DNA of 63,991 nucleotides, filler included, from an uncultured bacterium (GTDB lineage: Bacteria > Hinthialibacterota > Hinthialibacteria > Hinthialibacterales > Hinthialibacteraceae), in the NCBI GenBank assembly GCA_964449065.1. It is 7 parts of 7 records of this genome, joined end to end, with 100 filler letters (N's around TTAATTAATTAA, not from the genome) between each part and the next. Parts side by side here need not be neighbours in the genome. Positions count along the whole stretch, not along the records: positions 37,610 to 46,782 come from CAYVAZ010000204.1; positions 46,883 to 55,954 come from CAYVAZ010000205.1; 5 more parts are not named here. One strand, 5' to 3'. The notes beneath the pieces were generated by a model, which had not been told where the DNA came from, ran no database searches, and saw only the letters and a list, made by a program, of their open reading frames with translations. A program made the translations under genes and the position numbers. This document shows, one piece after another, positions 40,774 to 50,654 of the stretch (position 1 is its first letter; the number at the start of each line of letters is the position of its first letter).

Positions 40774-43434
40774 TTATTCAAATGTAACTGTTCGATTTCC
40801 GGCACTTTCGATGGACAGGCCGGAATCCGGATTGACGGCTCGCAAACGGTATTCACCCGGCGGCACGGTTTCCGGTTCGATGTCGAGAAAAATTTCATCC
40901 TGTGTCAACAAAGCATCTCCGATTTCCGGAGGAATAATGGGGAAGGAAAACGGATCCACTTCCGGCAACGCGACAGGCTCACTGCCGTCAACCGGCAGCA
41001 AGAAGAATTGCGTAAAGCCGTCCAATTCTACCCCTGAAGGTCCGTAGCCCCTAAAGTTGTCGCCCACAATTCTCATCTGTACCGGCTCTGAAGAGCTGAA
41101 CGGCTGGCCATCGTTTGTCCAGTCCGGATTCGAATCGATATCATCTGCCGGCCGTTCATACAACACCGGCGGCAATGGAGCCAAGATGTCAAACTCCCGC
41201 AAGACTGGTTCGCCGTTTCCAAATTGGATGGAAGCGGTTACCGTTCCGGTCGCTTCAATGATGTTCGGGGCAAGGAATACCGTAATGCTGTTTTGGGTTT
41301 CAAATACATCGACGCGGGTTGGTTCGGCAATTCCAGCCGCTGCTTGACTGCCGGTGATGATATCCTTGCCTTCGACCGAGAAGTTCAAACTGCCCGGCGA
41401 GAAACCGGAACCGTCAAAACCGAACGTAATGGCGTGATCGGTTTGCAGCGGGAAGTTTTGCGAGTCCGGATTGTAAGTGAAACCGTTGGTAAAGTCATCG
41501 GGATTTCCGACGGAAATAATAAAGTTATCAACAGAAACCGCGCCGGAGCCGCCAAAGAGTGAAATAAAGAAGGTGTTGCTTTCCAAGCCGGAGAGTTCAT
41601 TGCGCACTCTGACTTCGGCGAAATCTTCCGCCCGGAACCCGGCATCTTGCAGGCCGGAGATATCGGCAACCAGGGCATTGCCGTTTACAGATAACAAATC
41701 AGAAGCCGGGATGGTTAATTCAGCCGTGCCTTGGGTGATGATGACGGTACTGCCGTTTTCTCTTGAGGCGTCTTCTAGCAGCGGGCGGAAGTGATTACCG
41801 GTAATGGTGAGTTCGGCATCGCTGCTTTCAATAAAGAACTGTTCGGGATTGAGACCGGTGATTTCCGGGGCCGGGGCCGCGTTCAAAACCACTTCAAACG
41901 GAGCGGTGGTGCGGCCGTCCGCCAGGTTGACAACCAGGCTTGCGGTTACATCGATTGCGATATCGGCCGGTCGCGGCAGGGTGGCTTGAACCGCGCCATT
42001 CACCACTTGAATTTCCGTAATTTCCGTCGATGTGTCACCCACATTAAAGTTGACGGAACTCGCACCGCCCAAGGCTTGCCCTTCAATAAGGATGGGATTC
42101 TCTGTATCCGCGAACAATTCATCACCCGCACGGCTGCTGACCTGAGCTATCACCGGATCACCGCCGCCGGATGCCGCGTCAAAAATTTGCAGGTTATCTA
42201 AATAGCCGCCTTCAAAGAAGGATTGTGATCCATCGCTTTGGAAGCGAATTGAAACCAAAAGACCTGCATCTTGAGGTAAAACAGCTTCGATGTGGATAAA
42301 GTCCTCTGTCGTAATATCCTCAAACTTATCCTTGCCGGGTGTGGAACTATCGTAGAGCGCGTCGAATGCCCCTTCGCTTTGGAAGCCGAGTGCGGAATCC
42401 GTATTGGCAGCCTTTAACCCAACATCGCTTACCACTTCACCATCGCCGTTTAGGTCTATCAGTTCCCACGTATCGGAATCTTGGCGTTTGACTTCAACCG
42501 TGATGTAATCCCCGGCAATACCCACGGGGTCATCCAGCACAAACGCGATATCAAACGCGATTCTTGGCGCAACGGCTCTGCTGGTGTTGAACGTTTTATC
42601 GATTTGCAAAATAGATGCTTGATCGTTCTCATAAAAGAACAAGTCGGGATCATTGTTAAACGTGATGCTCTTCGGGGCGCTTTCGGCAATGCCGCGGTCG
42701 CCCGCTTGGTTTGCGGAGGTATCCACAATGACCCAAGGGAACACCTCAAACGTATTCGGTGCCACTCTGTCTTGATTTTGTAAATCAGCGGTATCGCCGT
42801 TGGTGAATGTAAAGACATCGTCTGTTACGTCGTCAATGTCGTTTGCGACGGCTTCTAATTCATCAAAATTTTGTTCAAAAGGTTCAAAGTCGCCGGGGCC
42901 GGGGGTAAAGGTTGGCGTGGGTGTTGCCGTTGGTTCCGGTGTATTGGTTAAAGTTGGCGTATTCGTTGGCGTTGGCGTGGGGGATGGCTCTAGCGTATTG
43001 GTTGGCGTGGGCGTAGGCGGCTCAACTATTGGTGTATTCGTGGCTGTAGGAGTAGCCGGTGCAACCGTTGCCGTTGGTGTTGGTGTGGCATCCCCTACTG
43101 TCGGTGTCGGTGTTGGAGTCGGCTGTTGAAATTCAAAATGAAACGACTCACTAAATATCAACAAATCCAGCGCATTAAATGTGCCGTCACCGGTAAAATC
43201 GTTGGTGGTGGGTTCGGTGGCACTGCCAACACGCCATTCATTGCTTAGCAAAAATAGGTCTCTGGCATCAAGCCGGGCGGTGTCGTCTATAAAGATGTCT
43301 TCATCAAGACGCTGCGCGAAAGAGTTTTGGCCGCTTACCAATAAGAGCGTCACCAATGCGAACAATGTAAACACGCTCACAAAAGTTTGTTTTGCTTTTT
43401 CCCAACATGCTGCTTGCATCCCTTTTCCATTCAT
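40774..43434 (-). CDS. Large secreted acidic surface protein (dockerin/EF-hand-like N-terminus, PT linker, IPT/TIG-like domains)
   Basis: Signal peptide; DFTGDGTFNALDLL; about 80-aa PT repeat; APEITGLNP..LTITGNHF. Confidence 0.8.
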   Translation of the reverse strand: MNGKGMQAACWEKAKQTFVSVFTLFALVTLLLVSGQNSFAQRLDEDIFIDDTARLDARDLFLLSNEWRVGSATEPTTNDFTGDGTFNALDLLIFSESFHFEFQQPTPTPTPTVGDATPTPTATVAPATPTATNTPIVEPPTPTPTNTLEPSPTPTPTNTPTLTNTPEPTATPTPTFTPGPGDFEPFEQNFDELEAVANDIDDVTDDVFTFTNGDTADLQNQDRVAPNTFEVFPWVIVDTSANQAGDRGIAESAPKSITFNNDPDLFFYENDQASILQIDKTFNTSRAVAPRIAFDIAFVLDDPVGIAGDYITVEVKRQDSDTWELIDLNGDGEVVSDVGLKAANTDSALGFQSEGAFDALYDSSTPGKDKFEDITTEDFIHIEAVLPQDAGLLVSIRFQSDGSQSFFEGGYLDNLQIFDAASGGGDPVIAQVSSRAGDELFADTENPILIEGQALGGASSVNFNVGDTSTEITEIQVVNGAVQATLPRPADIAIDVTASLVVNLADGRTTAPFEVVLNAAPAPEITGLNPEQFFIESSDAELTITGNHFRPLLEDASRENGSTVIITQGTAELTIPASDLLSVNGNALVADISGLQDAGFRAEDFAEVRVRNELSGLESNTFFISLFGGSGAVSVDNFIISVGNPDDFTNGFTYNPDSQNFPLQTDHAITFGFDGSGFSPGSLNFSVEGKDIITGSQAAAGIAEPTRVDVFETQNSITVFLAPNIIEATGTVTASIQFGNGEPVLREFDILAPLPPVLYERPADDIDSNPDWTNDGQPFSSSEPVQMRIVGDNFRGYGPSGVELDGFTQFFLLPVDGSEPVALPEVDPFSFPIIPPEIGDALLTQDEIFLDIEPETVPPGEYRLRAVNPDSGLSIESAGNRTVTFE

Positions 43435-43693
43435 AGCATTATCCTTTTCCGGTTTCAGAAAAATTGGTCAAAAAATTCACGGATTAGAGTTGAAATTGTA
43501 TTAATACTTTGTTGATTGAATAGATATATAGCACAATCAATCGATACTGTCAGATTCTATTTTCTCTTACTCATTGAGACTGCACTATAGCAAAGTTAGG
43601 ATAGTTTGTCATGACTTATGAATACAAGGATTGCCCCTTTTCCGAGATGCCGTTTTTACTATTCTTTACAGACAATACATATTTATAAATAAA

Positions 43694-44200
43694 ATGATGA
43701 TGAAATCAAAAAAACAAACGACAATCGGTGTAATAGCGGATACGCATATTCCGGATGAGTCGGATCAAATTCCGGCGCAAATTCTGGAGGATTTTCAATC
43801 CGTGGATGTCATTTTCCATTTAGGCGATTTTAACGATTTTCATTCGTACAAAATTTTACAAAGCATAAAACCGGTTGTGGCCGTTTATGGAAATACAGAT
43901 GAACTCGATGTTCGCGACGCGCTTCCGCCCAAACGAAAACTGGAAATGCACGGCTATCAAATCGGCCTGACTCACGGTTGGGGGCCGCCGGAAAAAATTG
44001 AAACACGGGTTTATGAAAAGATGAAGCATCTGGATTTGATCGTGTTTGGGCATTCACATGTTCCATTGTTCACCCAATACAATGGAGTGTATTTGTTTAA
44101 TCCGGGCAGCCCGTTTTTAAACCGAAGCGGTACGGGAACGTATGGCATCCTGGAAGTGGGAGAGACGATCCAGCACCGCATCATAGAATTGAATCTATAG
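43694..44200 (+). CDS. YfcE/MJ0936-family metallophosphoesterase
   Basis: ADTH, HLGD, YGNTD, THG, FGHSH, NPGS. Confidence 0.92.
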   Translation: MMMKSKKQTTIGVIADTHIPDESDQIPAQILEDFQSVDVIFHLGDFNDFHSYKILQSIKPVVAVYGNTDELDVRDALPPKRKLEMHGYQIGLTHGWGPPEKIETRVYEKMKHLDLIVFGHSHVPLFTQYNGVYLFNPGSPFLNRSGTGTYGILEVGETIQHRIIELNL

Positions 44201-44275
44201 GATAACGGTGCTGGAGACGTTTGGCTGTTGTTTATTGGGCTTCACCAGGATGGTTTGTCATCCCAGCGGGTGTTC

Positions 44276-44511
44276 TTAATAGCGGTAGTGTTCCGGTTTA
44301 TAGGGGCCTTCGACCGGGACGCCGATGTAGTCGGCTTGCTCTTTGGAAAGCTGGGTGAGTTTGGCTCCCAACTTGCCAAGGTGCAGGCGCGCGACTTCTT
44401 CGTCCAACTCTTTGGAGAGACAGGTCACGCCGATCTCTTTGTCGTTTTGCCACAAGTCGAGTTGTGCCATCACCTGGTTGGTGAAGGAGTTCGACATTAC
44501 AAAGGACGGGT
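44276..44511 (-). pseudogene. ahcY: Duplicated 3' end of adenosylhomocysteinase
   Basis: (Y)[16 protein letters not shown]...[37 protein letters not shown]; no upstream ahcY sequence. Confidence 0.9.
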
Positions 44512-44674
44512 AGCAAAAGCAAGAGCAGACTGCCTTTAATCAAGGAAAGGAATAGTGTTTGCATTGGTATTTACAAGGCATTCAAAAATTGGTACATTTC
44601 AAGCGTGCTCAAATACAGGTTGATTTTGTGGTTAAATTATATATAATATAACTTAAAACATTCAGGTGGGTTAA

Positions 44675-45157
44675 ATGGAGAAAAGATTAATTACTTTAAA
44701 GCTTGTGCTTGATAGTATTGATGTTGAACCGAACATCTCTACCATTGACGATAGAAAAAAAATTCAGAAAGCAGTATATCTGAGTCAATTAACAGGTGTT
44801 GATTTAGGATATCGCTTTGGGTGGTATTTGATGGGACCGTATTGTCCATCTCTAACATCAGATTATTATGCTTTAAAAGAATCTATCGAATCTAAAGATG
44901 ATGAACATAAAAAATTTGAACTTAAAAAATCGATTAAAATACCACTAGAAAAAATAAAGCCATTGTTTGAAGTGCCAAAAAATGTCGACTTATCAGTTGA
45001 GAGTTGGTTAGAATTAATTGCTTCATATCATTTTTTGAGGTCGATAAGTGACCTGTCAGTTGAGGAAACAAAAAAAACATTAAAGGAAAAGAAAAGTGAA
45101 TTATTTCCATATATAAAAGAAGCAGAAAAAGCATTAAAAAAGCATTCACTCATTTGA
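44675..45157 (+). CDS. YwgA-like / Panacea-like winged-helix protein
   Basis: RKKIQKAVYL...GYRFGWYLMGPYCPSLTSD...WLELIASYHF; AT-rich. Confidence 0.65.
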   Translation: MEKRLITLKLVLDSIDVEPNISTIDDRKKIQKAVYLSQLTGVDLGYRFGWYLMGPYCPSLTSDYYALKESIESKDDEHKKFELKKSIKIPLEKIKPLFEVPKNVDLSVESWLELIASYHFLRSISDLSVEETKKTLKEKKSELFPYIKEAEKALKKHSLI

Positions 45158-46606
45158 TTGATGAAAGATATTGATTTTAATTTTAAAAGAATTACAGATC
45201 CCGTTCATGGAACCATTGGTTTAAGTGAACTCGAATCGAAAATTATTAATGTAAAACCTTTTCAACGATTAAGAAATATTAAACACCTAGGTTTAGCCCA
45301 CCTTGTTTTCCCTGGATCAGATTTTTCTCGCTTTTCTCATTCCATTGGTGTGTGTAGTACAACAGGTCTTATACTTCAATCATTACGAGATTATTTTGGT
45401 GAAAAGATAGATGATAAAGAAATTCAAGAGTATAGACTTGCAGCGCTGTTACATGACATAGGGCATTATCCATTTTCTCACGCCATGGAAAAAGCAATTA
45501 AAAATTATTATGCTGGTACATTTATCACAAAGAAAAATACAAAGAGAACAAAATCTAGTGAAGAAAATGAAGAGTTTTTTGATCATGAAAGATTAGGAAA
45601 AGAAATAATTATCAGTGACCCTGAATTAAATCAAATATTAAATAAATATAAAATAAAACCCGATAGTATATATAGTGTATTTATGAGAGAGAAACCGTTA
45701 AAGTTTGTAAACATAATAAGTTCAGACTTGGATGCAGACAGGCTTGATTATTTATTAAGAATGGCACATCACACCGGGATGCCGTATGGAAATGTAGATA
45801 TAAATTATTTACTGAGTCAAATAAAACTCGATAAAGATAACCGACTTTGTATTAGTTCTAAGTCGATTAGAACCGCTGATCATTTATTATTATCAAGATA
45901 TTTTGCTTATCAACAAGTTGTTTATCACAAAACAGTCTTTATATTTGAGCATATTTTAAATGAACTTATAGGGGAACTTTTTAAAAAGAATAAAATAAAT
46001 GGATCTAAAAAGTGGGTGACTAAGGCAGTATTAAATCAACAAGAATGGCTAGAGTTTGATGATTCTTTTGTTACAAATAAAATAAGAGAATTATATAAAT
46101 CCTCACGAGACAATATTTTAAAAGCAAAAATAAATTCAGTTTTAAATCGAAACCCTCCAAAACTAGTGGCAGAATATGAGGCTTTAGAGGCACGTGAATC
46201 TAAATCAGAATTTCGGAGCAAAAAAAGTTACTTGTTAGACAAGATAAATAAATGGAGTAGAGATTTTAATATAGATAAAAGACTGTGGTATTGTTTAGAT
46301 ATACCAGGTATGCCTTTAACAAAGATTGGATCTCATCTTAACGTATCAAGTTTAGAAGAAAATCATTCCGAAGAAAAAGATAAATATGAACAATCTATAA
46401 GGGTATTGAATGATTTAGATAATACATCTAAACCTATAATGGAAATGCCACAATCTCTGATGAAAGTACTTTCAGATAACTCACTTTATACATTAAGATT
46501 ATATGTTTTATTTCCTGAAAATATGGCTTCAAATGAAAAAAGTTCAAAGAGCTCACAGATAAGAAAAAAAATACAATCTGACTTGCCGGATATTCAATGG
46601 AAATAA
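45158..46606 (+). CDS. HD-domain phosphohydrolase, SAMHD1/YwfO-like (putative dNTP triphosphohydrolase)
   Basis: DPVHG, FQRLRNIKHLG, SRFSHSIG, ALLHDIGHYPFSH, DLDADRLDYLLR, QVVYHK. Confidence 0.9.
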   Translation: MMKDIDFNFKRITDPVHGTIGLSELESKIINVKPFQRLRNIKHLGLAHLVFPGSDFSRFSHSIGVCSTTGLILQSLRDYFGEKIDDKEIQEYRLAALLHDIGHYPFSHAMEKAIKNYYAGTFITKKNTKRTKSSEENEEFFDHERLGKEIIISDPELNQILNKYKIKPDSIYSVFMREKPLKFVNIISSDLDADRLDYLLRMAHHTGMPYGNVDINYLLSQIKLDKDNRLCISSKSIRTADHLLLSRYFAYQQVVYHKTVFIFEHILNELIGELFKKNKINGSKKWVTKAVLNQQEWLEFDDSFVTNKIRELYKSSRDNILKAKINSVLNRNPPKLVAEYEALEARESKSEFRSKKSYLLDKINKWSRDFNIDKRLWYCLDIPGMPLTKIGSHLNVSSLEENHSEEKDKYEQSIRVLNDLDNTSKPIMEMPQSLMKVLSDNSLYTLRLYVLFPENMASNEKSSKSSQIRKKIQSDLPDIQWK

Positions 46607-46657
46607 AAAAGTCTCGAAGATTGCTATTCATTGCTATTGGATTTTCATTGTAAAAAA

Positions 46658-46685
46658 GTAGGGGCACGCTGCAACGTGCCCCTAC
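46658..46685. repeat. GTAG-type REP palindrome
   Basis: GTAGGGGCACG-CTGCAA-CGTGCCCCTAC; related copies at about 18170 and 57696. Confidence 0.7.
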
Positions 46686-46728
46686 GTGTGTTTGCGAGAA
46701 TTCGTGGTTTAACCCCTAGAATATCGGC

Positions 46729-46782
46729 TTAATAGCGGTAGTGTTCCGGTTTATAGGGGCCTTCGACCGGGACGCCGATGTA
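46729..46782 (-). CDS. ahcY: Adenosylhomocysteinase 3' end (gene presumably continues beyond the contig)
   Basis: Encodes [17 protein letters not shown]; identical to 44276-44329. Confidence 0.75.
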   Translation of the reverse strand, partial: YIGVPVEGPYKPEHYRY

Positions 46783-46882
46783 NNNNNNNNNNNNNNNNNN
46801 NNNNNNNNNNNNNNNNNNNNNNNNNNTTAATTAATTAANNNNNNNNNNNNNNNNNNNNNNNNNNNNNNNNNNNNNNNNNNNN
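46783..46882. other. Artificial contig linker
   Basis: N44-TTAATTAATTAA-N44. Confidence 0.97.
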
Positions 46883-46883
46883 G

Positions 46884-49052
46884 GGAGCCTATCCCGTAAC
46901 CCAAGCGCAATGGAACGCGTTGGTGTCCAACAATCCATCCGCGTTTTCCGGTTCACCCAACCTGCCGGTGGATTCCATCTTGTGGGTGGAAACGCTGGAG
47001 TTTCTCCAAGGCTTGAATGATCTGGATATCGGCGAGTTCCGCCTGCCCACCGAAGCCGAGTGGGAATACGCCTGCCGCGCTGGAACCACCACCCGCTTTT
47101 ATTGGGGGGATGATCCCAACCATGCCGAGTTCGATCAATTCGCCTGGAACTTCTTCAACGCCAACCAAAGACCGCAGCCCGTGGGGCAAAAGAATCCCAA
47201 CGCCTGGGGGCTGTTTGACATGAGCGGCAACATGCAGGAATGGTGTTTCGACTGGTACGGCGCCTACCCCAATGATGCGCGGATAGATCCCACCGGCCCC
47301 ATTGGAGGAGAGGAACGGGTCATTCGCGGCGGCTTTTGGGGAGGTTCGCATGGCGGAATGCGCTCGGCATCGCGCGGACATATTCCACCGACGTTTCGGT
47401 CGAACACGGTTTCGTTCCGTGTGGTGATGGAAGTGCCGTCGTCAGACCTCCCCGGTGAAAATCCCGGCAGCGTGCAAACCGTATCGTCCACGCAATTCGG
47501 CGCGAACATTCAAAGCTTCGTCTCCAATGCCATCGATACGGAAAGTTTGAAGATCATGAATTCGGATAACCTCAAAGTGATCCGCTATTTCGCGCAGGAG
47601 TCGGTCGCCGATAACATTAACATGATGCAGCAGGCGCTCCAAAACGGGATGCAGGTGATCATGACCTTCGGCACCAGCACAACAGAGTATGGCATCGACT
47701 GCAATGTAGAACCCTGCACCAACGCGAATCCATCCAACTGCTGCAACACCTGCTGGTGGAATTTGGATTTGCTTTCCTTTGATCCACAGCGCGGGCAATT
47801 CGAGCGGCGGTATACCTGCACGCCGGAAGGCTATGCCAAGTGGATCGATTTTCGCATCTCGCAAATCGAACAGGCCGTTCCCGGCGTGATCGGTAATGTG
47901 CTGATCGGCGTGCAAATCGGCAATGAAGAAGAAGAGAAATGGGGATTCAGTTTCGATCAAGGCTTTTCCGCCGGACGGGCGTATGCGGATTACTATTTGG
48001 CGGCGGAAGAAACGCTCACAATGAAATGGCCGGACTTGTTGATACTTGGAGGAAGCATCGAAAGCCACCGCTCGTTGGATTTCAGTGAAGGGGGTGAACC
48101 CAGCCGCTTCTTGCCGGATAACGGCCGGGGAGGCAGAGGCTTTCTCAACGGCTTTGTGCAAAAGGTGATGGAACAAGACAATTTTGAGACAGACCGCTTA
48201 CCGGACGCGATTGCGTTAAATGGTTATCCCGGAGAAGCCCCGCCCGAGTTTCTTAACCAAGGCCCCGGCACCAAAGAGTGGATCCAGCGATTGAATACCC
48301 TGGACGCAATCTTTCAGGTCTATGATTACCACCCCCGCTATGCCAATATGGAATACGGCTTCAGCCCGCGTGAATCCAGCGTGTATGGAACGCAAGGCGC
48401 GGATGAACGAACGCAGGCGGTGTACTATCTACGTTACAACCTGATGAACGCCACCATGCAATCCAACCGAGGCAGCATTTGGGATTATGTGCTGTATTGG
48501 GTGCATCCGTTTAATGGAGAAACGGTATTTGATACCGGCTGGTTCGGCGATCCGAATAAAACCGAATCCTCCAGCAGACCCCTCCGCAAAGTCGGGCAAA
48601 TCATGCATGGAAGCGTTGAAGTCAATGAAGTAGAATTGGGATTGAACGGTGATTATGAAATCTGGCTCCCGGCACAAAGCCAACGCGGCGAAGGAACAAC
48701 ACCGCGCGATGACAACAAAATGACCTGCGGCTGGATCGATGCATCCGGCCAACGGTGGGCAGCCGTGTGGCGGTATAAAAACAATGTAGAGTTTTACTAC
48801 GAAACCCAACCGCAGCCGGAAGAGTTTATTGTGGATGGCGGCAATCCTGGACCGGTTCACTTATACAAATTCGTATTCGATGAACCGTTCGCATACAGCA
48901 ACACCCGTTTCATCCAAATCACGGAGACACCGATTGAAGGGACATTTATTCCTTCACAAAATCAAACCGTTTATGATTTGCCATCTTTCATTCAAACAAA
49001 TAATAGGGTGTTTCCCGTGGTAAATGAGAATCCGGTGTTGTTGAAGTTTTAA
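46884..49052 (+). CDS. FGE-sulfatase (SUMF1) domain fused to a GH-A-like TIM-barrel domain, 5' partial
   Basis: YPVTQAQW, FRLPTEAEWEYACRAG, NAWGLFDMSGNMQEWC, RVIRGG; then QIGNEE and NMEYG putative catalytic Glu pair. Confidence 0.8.
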   Translation, partial: GAYPVTQAQWNALVSNNPSAFSGSPNLPVDSILWVETLEFLQGLNDLDIGEFRLPTEAEWEYACRAGTTTRFYWGDDPNHAEFDQFAWNFFNANQRPQPVGQKNPNAWGLFDMSGNMQEWCFDWYGAYPNDARIDPTGPIGGEERVIRGGFWGGSHGGMRSASRGHIPPTFRSNTVSFRVVMEVPSSDLPGENPGSVQTVSSTQFGANIQSFVSNAIDTESLKIMNSDNLKVIRYFAQESVADNINMMQQALQNGMQVIMTFGTSTTEYGIDCNVEPCTNANPSNCCNTCWWNLDLLSFDPQRGQFERRYTCTPEGYAKWIDFRISQIEQAVPGVIGNVLIGVQIGNEEEEKWGFSFDQGFSAGRAYADYYLAAEETLTMKWPDLLILGGSIESHRSLDFSEGGEPSRFLPDNGRGGRGFLNGFVQKVMEQDNFETDRLPDAIALNGYPGEAPPEFLNQGPGTKEWIQRLNTLDAIFQVYDYHPRYANMEYGFSPRESSVYGTQGADERTQAVYYLRYNLMNATMQSNRGSIWDYVLYWVHPFNGETVFDTGWFGDPNKTESSSRPLRKVGQIMHGSVEVNEVELGLNGDYEIWLPAQSQRGEGTTPRDDNKMTCGWIDASGQRWAAVWRYKNNVEFYYETQPQPEEFIVDGGNPGPVHLYKFVFDEPFAYSNTRFIQITETPIEGTFIPSQNQTVYDLPSFIQTNNRVFPVVNENPVLLKF

Positions 49053-49132
49053 ACAATAGAAATGAATGTGTTCATCTATTCGTGGCGTTTAAACCGTTTT
49101 CATGAAGCCGCGGTAAACTTTCGCAATGAGAA

Positions 49133-50479
49133 TTATCGTGGAAGACCATGCTTCTTTTGCCTGCATGATACAACACGGCTGAGCAGGTAAATCGGAAAAC
49201 CGGTTAAGACAATGCCGAAACCGATCCACGCTCCATACGGGGTGATGCTGTTGCCGTAGTTAAAACTGCTGTAAAGAAGCAGTATGCACATAGCAACATA
49301 GATAATTGGAATGATGGGGTACAGCGGAACCCGGTAGGGTCTCTCTACATACGGTTCACGAGACCGAAGCACGAAAAGCGAAATGCCGACCATGCCCATA
49401 AACAGCCAATGCGCCGCGGATGTGTAAATGACCAAATCTTCGAAAGTCCCAATCATCAATAATACGCAGGAAATTGCCGCCTGGACTAAAAACGATGCGG
49501 TGGGTGTGGATGAAGTCTCATCCCATCTGGAAAGCATTTTAAACATTGTGTGATCTCTGCCAAAGGCATGGTAGATTCTGCCGCCAACGATGATCATGCC
49601 GTTGACGGAACCCAGCGCGCAGATTACCGCGATGACGGAAATAAAGTAGCCGCCGGTATTCCCCGCCGTTTCGCGCATAACATTGGCCATGATGCTGGGC
49701 GATTCCGCCATGCCTTCCGCTCCCAAGGCGTAAAGCAGTGCGGCATTTACCAGGCAATAAACCAAAGTGACAATGCCGACTCCCAGCATCAATGACCGGA
49801 AAATATTTTTGTGCGGATGCCGGATTTCCGCCGCGACAAACGCGCAGTCGCTCCACCCGCCGAACGAAAGTTGTACAAACACAGAAGCCAAGAAGAAAGC
49901 GCCTAAGCCCACTGCGGGAATCTCAACCGCTTCTCTCACTTCAACCGCGGGCGCGGCCAAAAAAAACGCGACGAAAATGACCGTCCCCAACCCCAAGACT
50001 TGCGCGGTGGCTAAGAGATTTTGGGTCCACTTGCCTTGGGTCAAACCCATACAGTTGATCCAAGTGAACAACAAAACCGCAAGGATGGAAAATATCTTTT
50101 GCGCGTAAGAAAATGAAAAAACTTCCGCCAAATAGGAACCGGCGATAAAGGCCATCATGGCGATGTTGCCGCTGTGAATAACCCACAGACGCCCCCAGGC
50201 ATACAAAAAGCCCGCCCATGAGCCATACGTATGATGAAGGAAGAAATAATCGCCGCCTTCTTTGGGATAGGCGCTTGCCAATTCGGCGTAACAAAGAGCT
50301 CCAATGAACGCGAGCACACCGCCAAGTATCCAGGCGGCCATGATCCACCAGCCGGATCCGAGGAGCCCGGCGATATCGGTGGGGGTACGGTAAATGGCGC
50401 TGCCGATGATAATGCCGACAATAATGCAAACGACATCAAAAAGGCCTAAGCTGCGGGGAAGCGAAGAGGTTGTGTTCAT
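49133..50479 (-). CDS. APC-family amino acid permease
   Basis: GIIIGSAIY, YAELASAYPKEGGDY, AAEIRHP, RPYRVPLYP. Confidence 0.93.
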   Translation of the reverse strand: MNTTSSLPRSLGLFDVVCIIVGIIIGSAIYRTPTDIAGLLGSGWWIMAAWILGGVLAFIGALCYAELASAYPKEGGDYFFLHHTYGSWAGFLYAWGRLWVIHSGNIAMMAFIAGSYLAEVFSFSYAQKIFSILAVLLFTWINCMGLTQGKWTQNLLATAQVLGLGTVIFVAFFLAAPAVEVREAVEIPAVGLGAFFLASVFVQLSFGGWSDCAFVAAEIRHPHKNIFRSLMLGVGIVTLVYCLVNAALLYALGAEGMAESPSIMANVMRETAGNTGGYFISVIAVICALGSVNGMIIVGGRIYHAFGRDHTMFKMLSRWDETSSTPTASFLVQAAISCVLLMIGTFEDLVIYTSAAHWLFMGMVGISLFVLRSREPYVERPYRVPLYPIIPIIYVAMCILLLYSSFNYGNSITPYGAWIGFGIVLTGFPIYLLSRVVSCRQKKHGLPR

Positions 50480-50654
50480 ATTGTTTCGTAGTTTTCCATC
50501 AACGAAATGGGAAGCCTCATCTCTTCACCGGTATGACCTGCCGACCATCCCCGCGGCGTGTTTTTGCGTACAAACAGCAGACGAGTCTATGAGGGAACAC
50601 GGCGTTGCCGATTGTGAAAAGACAGTTCACCTTTCAACCAATAGAGGGTCGGCG

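Noticed and set aside
42895..43125. Low-complexity GGTGT/GGCGT repeats
   Set aside because: They encode an ordinary Pro/Thr linker
47320..47430. FGE-sulfatase C-terminal segment as a diversity-generating retroelement variable region
   Set aside because: No template repeat or reverse transcriptase in the window, and the segment is internal to the protein
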